Source: Auanema rhodensis
Taxonomy: Eukaryota; Animalia; Nematoda
Assembly: GCA_964057225.1 (NCBI GenBank)
Contig: OZ059896.1
Span: forward strand, 14,756,001-14,820,000
Length of the DNA stretch: 64,000 bases
Reading direction: 5' to 3'
Part shown: positions 54,319 through 64,000 of the stretch, one piece after another
Layout: each line of letters starts with the position of its first letter
How positions within the stretch are numbered: the first letter of the stretch is position 1
The notes under the pieces: generated by a model
Databases searched by the model: none
What the model saw: only the letters and a program-made list of their open reading frames with translations
Told to the model about the DNA's origin: nothing
Position numbers and translations under genes: made by a program

Positions 54319-57300
54319 GTATCCTTTGAACACCATTAGCCGTGGTAGTGACCTCATGCTGGCTGCTACTTCGGCTGCTAGCTCTACCACGTCAGCTTCA
54401 TCAGCGTCGTCTTACAGTGTTCGTGATCGCAGTACAACATCAACAGCTACATGTGCAGTCTGTGGTGATGGCACCGCTAAATTACATTACGGAGTATTAG
54501 CCTGTTATGGCTGTAAAGGATTTTTCCGACGAACATTGACCGGAAAATACCGATATGTTTGTCGGTTTGGCAACAATTGCATTGTCGATAAATGTGAGTT
54601 TTCGCCAAAACGCCCAACATCGAAATCCTTCCCTTTTCCTTCTTAAACCAAAATTCATTTTGCATTTGCATTTACTAAGTACTTCCTATGTGTCTTGTCT
54701 TCATCAGTCTAAGACTCCAAGGCCGTTAAACTATTTGCTATGACATGTACCTTGACGCTTATGGTCATGTACCTGGCTTTCGAGTAGCCGCAGAATTCAT
54801 GATAGAAACTATAGGCTTTTGAATCTTTTTGCAATTTAAGGTGACATCAAAATTTAAATTTGAAGGATTTGTACCAAAAACCTTCCTAACTCACAAATCA
54901 AAACATAATCTTTCTATTTTCAGATCAAAGAAATAGTTGTCGGTATTGTAGATTCACTCGTTGCATCGAAGTCGGTATGGACCCCAAAGGTAAATTATAA
55001 AACTAATTATTTAATTTTTAATATGAGGTTAATCAATTAAGCCTTAATTATATTATTCTAAAAATATTATTTATGATTCTCGCTCAACATTAATATTTTA
55101 GCTGTTCGACCTGATCGTGATATAACTGGTAAGCAACGCGTACCAAGAATACGGAAAAAGCAAATAGATGAAGACCTCTTAAACCATGTGGTTAGTTAGT
55201 TTACAACTCTTTCTTATTGTAAAAAATATTAAAAAAACTGATTAAAATAATTCAGATGAGGCTACAAGGAGATGATTGGTCTCGCAAATTACCTGTAGAA
55301 CATCGCATAATGCTGATGCAATTGATGAATATCGAGAATAAGGTACGTGAGAGCCAAGTAATTAAAATTTGAATTCTGGATTTTAATCTTAATCTGCTTT
55401 ATAGGTAGCTAAAGGTGATTTACAAACAAATAATAATCACAATCAATATGTTCGTGATTCAAAGAATATTTCTTTGCGTGAGATGTTTGAGCAGAAGCCA
55501 TTAATTGACGGTCGTCGTACTGAGGTTCGTTAATACGCCCTTGTCAGGCATTTATCAAATCACTCCTCAACACATCATTTCAATTATTTTTTGGATCGTA
55601 AAATCACTTATAATAGACAATGTTGTGAAGAAAAGCATTAATCCGAGCTCTAGAAGCGAATTAAACGAAAAAAATTGTCGACAATGACGTGCAAACTGTA
55701 TTGATAACAATATTTAATTGTATACAAACGTTCGATGCGACTACAAATTGTTAAAAAGCTATTAAGATTGCAAGTTGTCACCATTTTACTGAATTTCTTT
55801 ACATTTAAGATGAGTTATGAGCCATATCGTATGACTAGGACAGAAGAACTTTCTGAAATTGCTCATCGTCGAGCTATTGCTGCAGTGGATTGGGTTGAAA
55901 ATCTGACGGAAATCGCTGAAATCAGTTCAACTGACGATAAGGTACAACTGCAGAAAGCCAATCATAATTAATCATAACGTCTGTTTCTCCAGGTATCACT
56001 CGTGAAAGCCTGTTATTCACCGTTGACCATCTTCAACTTCTCCGCTAGAACAGCACAAAATACGACGAATCCTAACATTTTGTGTCTGTGTAGCCATTCA
56101 TTCGTTCCTCGTCAATTACCTCCAGAATTTAATGAGACCAAGTAAGCATGAAAATTTGATTACAAAATTCAATTTATGAACTTAATACGCGATTAAACCT
56201 TAAAGTCCAATTCTCCAAATAATCAAAACTCACAAGTCACTCTTAAGTCTTATCTCGGTTGTTCAATAAGACAGTGTTTAGAGACTAAAGATATGAATTT
56301 GCCTCTATATTCTTCATGCTAACTACATTTCTTTTGAAAGTCTTGTTGTATATAAAATGGAAATTAACATAATAATCTTGTTTATAAGATATAAGAATAT
56401 AATGAAGAGAAAGAACTTAAATGTCTTATATTGCTTATTTCAGTCATCTTTCCAATATACTTATCGACAGAACTCTTAATGAATTAGTGGCACCGTTAAG
56501 AAAATTAAATTTGAAAGAAGAAGAGATTGTAACTCTTAAATCTATTATTATTCTTAATCCAAGTATGTACTTTTCTTCAAAATTCTTATAACTTATCTGT
56601 CCAACTTTTAGATGCCAAAGGTTTATCTAATCATGCCAAACAGGCTGTAGCTGATCTTCGAGACAAAATGCAAGACATGCTCTTCCAAATCGTTAAGGAA
56701 ATTCATCCAAACAACCCTTCAGGCAGTAGCCGATTTGGAAACCTTCTTCTTCTTCTCCCAACAATTACTGTGAGTTCAATCGGCATTTTCACAATATATG
56801 TTGAACCTATTATTTCAGACCTTATCAGGCTTAATGAGTGAGAATATGCAATTCTGTCAAGCGTTCGGCGGGCGCCATAGTGGTGACCCGCTTCTTTCTG
56901 AGATGTTTGGAGATCATAAAACTGTGTTTGATGATACTGAACTTATCAGCTCATCTGTTAGTCCTCCATTATTTGATCCAGCAGATATTTCTCTTCAGGT
57001 ATTTACCTCCCTTTCACCAACTTTTTTCTAATCACCATATTTTCAGTCGATCTCTCCTCCACTACTCAACTCTCCAAAATCAGTTTTGATGCGGACGAGA
57101 GTTTCGAAACGTGAAACAGCTACACAGACAGATCCAGATCGCTCTGGCAGTCCATTGTCTCACAGCCGAAGTAGTAATTCCCTGATTAGCGGAGGATATT
57201 CTCCACCAGTTAGCGTAAGTTCCAACCTTTCCTGTTTCACCATTCTCATCTCACTTTCTTACAGCTTTCAATGAATTCACCATTTCACACTCTGCTAGAT

Positions 57301-57384
57301 GATGAGTCTTTTTCACCCGGAAACGACATGGTTAATGGTTTAGTCGATCTCGGCAATGCTGACCTCTTCTCGCTCATTCAGTAA
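54319..57384 (+). CDS. Nuclear hormone receptor (C4 zinc-finger DBD plus LBD), nematode HNF4-derived group, P-box CYGCKG
   Basis: Exons 54319-54593, 54924-54989, 55102-55190, 55256-55342, 55405-55524, 55810-55941, 55993-56141, 56444-56562, 56612-56769, 56819-56998, 57047-57214, 57265-57384. DBD: [79 protein letters not shown] segments: [45 protein letters not shown]. An internal ATG at 54356 could start a short isoform. It resembles C. elegans nhr-5 from memory, but I am not sure enough to assign the symbol. Confidence 0.95.
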
Positions 57385-58902
57385 AAAATAAAAATTTTAT
57401 TTTCGCTGATTATCTCTCATCCTTGTTACTTTGACTGATGGCACGGTTTCCACATGTTCACTTATTCCTACTGCTTCATCTGCTTATCCTCATCCAAATT
57501 CTCGTATTTTTCGTTCTCAAGTTGAAATTATTGCCAAATTCTCTGAAACCGAAGCAGCTTGTACAAAATTCCCAATTGTTTAGTCTCTCTAATCTATTAT
57601 ACACATCTCTATATATAAATATATAGATATATATACATATAACTATAAAATTAACTATATATATATATGAATATTTACAAATATAATTCTTTTTTCTATT
57701 TTAAAAAAGTTCAAAACTAGATTCATCTAACGAGTATTTCGGGTCATGATGATAACCGAAGCCCTCGTCTTGTAACATAGCATTGTATGTTCCACTGTAT
57801 GTTCCTCTTTCGGCTCTCTCGCCATACATTCTATTCAACTCTTTAAGTTTCTTCTATTTCTTCCCTTCACCAGTACTATTCTCTCCCTCTCTCTTTCTCT
57901 TTTTTTATTTTCAAATTTCCCTTCTTCTATCCCTGTCCTCTCTCTCTCGCGTACCTAACGTAGCTATGTATAACTTTTACTGTACTTCTCTTTATATCTC
58001 TTCACATTCGGTTACAACATACATACCACACACATACCAACTTTTTCTCTTTTCCATCCAACTATCTATCTCTTGTCCATGTTCAACAATATTTTCATCA
58101 TATTTTCCGTTTATCTAAACTATTTGCTTAATCAATCCAGTGTATATTAATTACGAACATTAATCAGTTTGTAATTCCATTGTTTTCCAGCAGATGTTAG
58201 GTAGTCATGTAGTTCAATGAATTGATTGTATATGTACGGACTATACAGATATAAACATTTATTTATGCTTTAATATTGTATCTTTTTTCAAAAAATATTA
58301 AAATGAAACGAAGTTTTGATGGAAAAAAAGAGAAAATTTTTGATTTTTCAGACCAACGTTTACTCAACATATCATCTGAAGTGGGTGATATATATTTTGA
58401 GCGTTGAGCGGACAATCGGAGTAGCTGAAAACGATAAAAGTGGTTCACTTACTAATAAACTTCGGGCCAAGGATTCGGAATTTAAATGATTAGAAAATAG
58501 CTGACAGTAGCAAGAATAATATAAAGGAATACAGATAATAAAGAAATTTTGGAAATAAAATAAAAGTATCAGACGAAGACGTAGAAACGTGTGCAAGTCA
58601 CTGATTACTTTTAGACTATCAGGAAAAATGGTAGATGTAGTTTGTATGAGAACCTTAAACTGATTTTGATGACATTCTAGTTCACCATGACCTTACTGAA
58701 GCTAATGTCTAGCCTTCATGTTGAGCACCGTTCACAAGATACTAGAAGCCTAAGTGGAAACATTGGGATCTTAATGTATTTAATCTGGATTATAAAGAAT
58801 TAAATGAATATTTTTAGAATAAAGAATGTTAAATGTCAACAACATAACTACTATTGAAAGTGCCCGTACGTATAACCGAGGTAACGTGTCTGACGGTAAC
58901 TG

Positions 58903-58965
58903 ATGACGTCATATTTCAAACAATTTGCGAATCACTGAGCACAGAAGCAGCCTTTCTTTCACGTG
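58903..58965. promoter_or_regulatory. Candidate promoter element of the second NHR: CRE palindrome ATGACGTCAT plus E-box CACGTG
   Basis: Motifs at 58903-58912 and 58960-58965, about 550 bp upstream of ATG 59501. Function is inferred only. Confidence 0.4.
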
Positions 58966-59500
58966 TGCTATGTGTGCCTCGAAGATCGATTCAGAAAAGT
59001 TTTACAACGACCTGTATGTCCACACGGACACATACACACATGCACACATTGGAGCTCATTCAAAGATTTTCTCGTAAATTGCAATGTCACTTTGAGTTTA
59101 ATTCTTATTATTCTCGTATAATTATAATTTAATTTTTCTTACTATTCCCTATCTAAATAAAGTATTATATTCGTGTAAAATTGCTGGAAAGATCAGGCTT
59201 GTTTGACTGAGCAATCATCACTCTATTCCAGTTTTCAATCAACCTTTTGTTTATGTTTTTTTCAAATAAAATTCTATACAATACTATTAGGATATGAGGA
59301 CGAATTGAAAAAACTAGAGAACTATACCATCAGAATCATCATACTAATCGGCTCATTCCCATCGATTTCGATAGACCTAGGTCTCATAACGTGTCAATAA
59401 ACATGAAATGATTCTGAAATTTGCTACTTCTCATTGATATTCCATTCGATCGCTTTTTTGGTGAGCATTTTTAAAGTTCACATTATAGCAGCAGGAAGTG

Positions 59501-61655
59501 ATGCTAATGTCGTTATCTTCTTCGGCTTCATCTTCACCTGCTTCGTCTATTCCTTGTTCATCTACCTCATCAACTTCATGTGATCGTCAATGTGCTGTAT
59601 GTGGTGATATTCCTGCTAAAGTTCATTATGGTGTGCTTGCATGTTTCGGATGCAAAGGATTTTTTCGCCGAGCAGTCAAAGATGGCCGCAACAAGTATGT
59701 GTGCAGATTCGAGAAAAATTGCCAAGTCACCAAATGTAATTTCAAGCATATTCTTTTCATTCTTCGTACAATTAAGAAAAACATCTTTCAGTTGAGCGAA
59801 ATGCTTGTAGATATTGCCGTTTTAGACGATGTCTTCTGGTTGGAATGAATCCCGACTGTATGTCATTTTGTCATTCCAACATGCCAACTGGTTTGCTTTT
59901 TAGATGTGCGTCCAGATCGTGAAGAAACCCGGAAAAAACAACAAAAAACTTTGTCAAAGAAGAAAAGCTTGAGCAGACAGCCATCAAATAGATTAGTTGA
60001 TGATTGGACTAATTTACTGTCTTCAACGCAAAGGTTCACATTTTGGTCTTTCAAAGCTTTTTCTCAGCAATCTCTGAACTTTCTCAGCATTATTTTCTAT
60101 TGTTGCCTGACCTATTAACGGGGAAAATGTGCTGATGATTCATAGACAATTTTTAAAAAAATCAACGTGAAGGATTCTCAGTCGTTATGTTTACTTTTCA
60201 GGAATTTACTTTCAACTCTCAGTAACATTGAATCTAATTTACAACAATTAGAACAAGCAAATTACGAGACTATTGCCTTCTTTTCTCTCAGAAGCTTAAT
60301 AGCTGATCGGTCCTTAATTCGCAAAACACATGAGGTAGTTATTCTTAATTCAAATAGCAAGTTGGAGCATAAACCTGAATTTCAGAATCGATTATTCTCT
60401 AATAATTCAAGTAAAGAATCATCTGATATATTGAATATTGACCGTATTGTATCAACTGTTGACTTTGTAGATAGTTTATTAGAAAGTTTATTCGATGATA
60501 GGAGAGTTTCCATTGAGGATAAGGTATTGCATTCTGATCTTTTCACTATCTTAACTTCCTGTTTAGTGTTCGCTTATGAGTGAAACCTTCTTAGCATTGG
60601 TAATGTTAGATTCTATGCTCAAGTTAACTGCCCAATGTTCTCACAAGGCTGCAGAAGAATTTGCAAAAACCTGTCCAATAAAGCAAATGTTCGTTTACTT
60701 CTTTTTCAAAAGTATGCAATTGTTGATTGAACCTTTATAGATCTTTCTCTTTTTTGGCATCATTCAACAAGATCAGTGAATTGTTGCTCCGATGTACTCT
60801 CTCACCGATGGAATATTCCATTGTTCGAGCTTATGTAATATGTACAGCTGGTAGAAATGAGCTTTTAGCTTATCTTTTAGCTGATTATCCGTTTCAGATC
60901 GAACAGTCTTATCAAATTCTCTAGGAAATGATTTGTTAATGCTCTCTGAATCATTACATGAATTACTTTTCCGAATTATCAAAGGAAGCCGTCGAGCTAG
61001 CAGTCAAGCTGCCGCTTCTATTTTAGCTAATATTATATCATTTTTACATCAAATTAAGGTTGCAAATTAATTACTTAATTTAATATAAACGTTTTATGTT
61101 TGTTCAGTTGATTTCGAGAGACCTTCACAGTCAGCTAATTCATCTGTATCCGCGATGCCAAGAACAAGATTCACAAATTCCTTTTCAATCCATTATCAAA
61201 GATTTGTTGAATCCAGAAGTTTCGGATTTGATTGCTCAAATGGCTGACGACAAAGTTATAAAATCTCAAGGGGATCATGCTGAGAACCATTTCGAGAATG
61301 TGCATGTTCTTCCAGAGTTTGAAAATAGATCAAACCCATCAGATGTCATTGTTTTTCGACCTCCTCCAACAGATTACCAATTCACAGCACCGCTACCGAT
61401 ACGTCCATCAGCTCTAGGATTTTCCTCCAAACTACCTCTCACAATTACAAAATCTATTGAGGTTAGTATTTGTTCAAAGAATTTGCTATATCACTTTTTT
61501 TTCAGGAAATGCTGCGTGCACCAGGGGCTGCAGAAGATTCCATACTCAATCGTCCACTATCAAAAGATTGGGCTGATGGTGCAAGACTAACTCCCGTATT
61601 TAACCGCGACGTTGTAGCTCAATTTTTCCCTGAATTATCTGAGAATTTACCTTAA
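59501..61655 (+). CDS. Second nuclear hormone receptor, P-box CFGCKG, divergent LBD, 10 coding exons
   Basis: Exons 59501-59735, 59792-59857, 59904-60033, 60202-60334, 60386-60523, 60567-60688, 60741-60850, 60898-61058, 61108-61461, 61506-61655. DBD: [77 protein letters not shown]. The C-terminus is ...[29 protein letters not shown]. An acceptor TATAG CAG CAG lies at 59484-59494, so an upstream exon is possible. Confidence 0.93.
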
Positions 61656-62175
61656 ACTGTTATTACTTTGTTTGATTCACATGCTGTTGATTTGATTTAT
61701 CTAATCAGTACTTATAAGCATTTCAACGAGTATCACGTGACTCCATATACATAGATTCGAGAAGAACCGATTTCAATTTACAATACGTACCCTAACCTAC
61801 GCGCCATACAGTACGATTTTTCAAAACTTCCATAGTCGTAGTCTTTAATTAGTTCAAAAAAAGTACTGAAAATAGAATTTTGAGCTTTTTTCAAATCTCA
61901 AACTGAGAATAAAATGTTCTTTAAACATTATAAGATTGAAGGGTAGAACAGATTTATTTTCTATGAAGCAAATCAAATCCTAATAACGAATAAAACAAGG
62001 GTCAAAACGTGATTGGAGATTGTTGTCAGGTTCAAACATTAAATGTTAATTTCAACAAAATAAGCTTCAAAAGTAAATAAAAAACTCTGACAACCATGAG
62101 ATTTTAATAGGAAATATGCTTATATTTAAACATCAATTAGACAGCAATTCTCAAGTTGACAGTTCAATCAGACAA

Positions 62176-64000
62176 CTATTCTTTTTTCTCTTCAACTGTC
62201 TCGTTGTTCTGTTCGGTAGTCGATTCGTTAGGAAGGAGATTAACCATCTCAGTTCCTTGAGTTTCACTGAGATAATAGGTTACCAAATTGTTCTCATTGC
62301 TTTTCAAGATGCTTACCTCTTCTCAATTTCTTTTTTCTTTCCAGCCTTCTCCAAACTGCAGTTCTTGGTTTCTTCCAGCCATAAGAAAGCAACAGCAATA
62401 TTGAAGAGCCCGAGACTCATAGAGATCATATGAACTCCAGGTTCGTAATAAGTTTTTAATCCACTCTGAATTAATCGGAAACTAATGTAAAATCTAAGTT
62501 CACGACTCACAATCATTGAAGCACCGATATTGGCAATACGTCCTACAATAGAGCAAGACGCAGTGGACGTGGCCCGAACATCAGTAGGCATCAATTCGGA
62601 GGCACAGAGGTAACATGGTTCCCAGACAATTGAAGTGAAAATGAACCCTCCGAGATAAACCATTGTGTAATACCATTCTCCCTGAAAAAAGACATTGATT
62701 TCAATGAATATCTAAGTAGTATCACCTTCTCTTCCATGTACAGGAACATAACAACGAAAGCAAAGAAAATAACAGCCAAAAGTTGAGAGCACAAGAGAAC
62801 AAACCGACGTCCCATCCAAGGTAAAAAGCCGTCAGCCAATCCCATAACCTGTGAATAAGTTAATATGCCGGGAGAAATAACATATAAAACGAACAATACG
62901 AACGACAGAAAGCAAAATTCCTGAAAGGAACTGTCCAACCCAGAAATTCTTAGTCATATCTCCTCCGCACAAATCTGTCAGATATGCAGTCATTCCCGTA
63001 ACAAACCACCTGTATATATTTTACTTTAAAAACTTAATAAAGAAGTAACACACATCACCCAAAGGACAAGTAAGTTACGACGAAGTGTGGTATCACGGAA
63101 CACACTAAGGATGTTGACAGCTTTCTCAGGAGCAACCAAATCCGAAGATGGAGGTGGCTCCACTAAAAAAATTGATGAGAATGTAACAAGAGAACTACAA
63201 CTTACTTGGTTCAAACGGAATACCGGCTAGTGCTGCTAAACACTTTCTACTTTCTTCAGATTCTTCGAAACGACCCTAAACACATAGAATTAATAAAATA
63301 CTATGTTCATCCAGTTGGAGAAACCTTCTTACGCAGCCATATATGACTCTCAGGTAAGATAAAGAGGACGATTGCCAAAGTAATTAAAGAAAGAGCAGCA
63401 GAAATATAAGAAGACATTCTCCATTCCCCGGTGAAAAGGCATACTAAGGTGAGCATCGTGCGAGCATTAGCCTGTAATATAAAAACTGAGCACCGACCAA
63501 TACCCAATTATTGTACCCAATTACTGAACGTTCTCAATTTGAACCTTTGATGAGGAGAAACTAATTCAGAATAATAAGCCCAACCGACCACCATAGTTCC
63601 TGTAAAATAGAGTAAATTCCTGTCACTCATCAGATTCGGATATTACCAGCAATAGCAATTCCAGTGACAGCCCTCAAGAAATAGAACATAGCTATGCTAT
63701 TAAAGTATGCTAAAAGCAACAGTAGAAGCCAATTCTATTATTATATGTATCTTACCCGAGAAGAACAGTGCAGGAATACCAATCACCATAGATATTATAA
63801 AGGTCTTTCTTCTTCCGATTTGATCGGCCACCCATCCCAAAATAATATTTCCAATCAAAACACCAACATACTGAGCGAATGCAGGACGAAAACTATATAT
63901 GAAATGAATATTAAAAACGAAAATTCACTAATATTATACTCTTTCCAGCCATCTTTACAGTATATTCCAAACTCCATAGCTGCAGATTGGTAATAAGCAT
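62176..64000 (-). CDS. MFS transporter, SLC22/organic cation transporter-like; 5' end lies outside the window
   Basis: The spliced translation includes YYQSAAMEFGIYC, GVLIGNIILGWVADQIGRRK (MFS motif A), AYYSELVSPHQR, ILPESHIWL, LRRNLLVLWVMWFVTG, PWMGRR, SELMPTDVRA and WLEETKN. The last exon is 62266-62176, ending ...TVEEKKE*. All introns checked are GT-AG. Confidence 0.93.

Noticed and set aside
58827-58886. Possible upstream exon MLNVNNITTIESARTYNR with donor GAG|GTAACG for the second NHR
   Set aside because: The phase-1 donor would join the 59488-59494 acceptors out of frame with the DBD.
63501-63523. 10-bp tandem duplication TACCCAATTA copying a splice donor in the SLC22 gene
   Set aside because: The second donor is 13 nt away and frameshifting; probably a neutral local duplication.

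Overview
This is AT-rich, intron-dense eukaryotic DNA from a rhabditid (clade V-type) nematode, judged from ~42-55 nt GT-AG introns, TTTCAG acceptors and C. elegans-like proteins. I spliced seven protein-coding genes by hand. Left block: a hedgehog-acyltransferase-like MBOAT (hhat-2-like, +, 1430-3503), rps-18 (-, 3566-4116), Sec61 alpha (+, 4795-6626) and a GnRH-receptor-family GPCR resembling C. elegans DAF-38 (-, 6998-11752). Right block: two tandem nuclear hormone receptors (+, 54319-57384 with a probable distant first exon at 48250-48353, and +, 59501-61655) and the 3' part of an SLC22/MFS transporter (-, 62176 to the window edge). Between the divergently oriented GPCR and first NHR lies a ~36-42 kb stretch with no convincing gene. 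It is rich in GA/CT microsatellites whose strand polarity flips at about 25-28 kb, next to a very AT-rich island carrying an ACGT-motif cluster. Most ORF-track entries in that stretch are low-complexity artefacts. I found no tRNA, rRNA, CRISPR array or recognisable transposon, and I cannot demonstrate a new biological system. The best leads are the architecture of that long divergent intergenic region and the tightly packed, possibly overlapping hhat/rps-18/sec-61/GPCR block. C. elegans gene identities are from memory and need a BLAST check.
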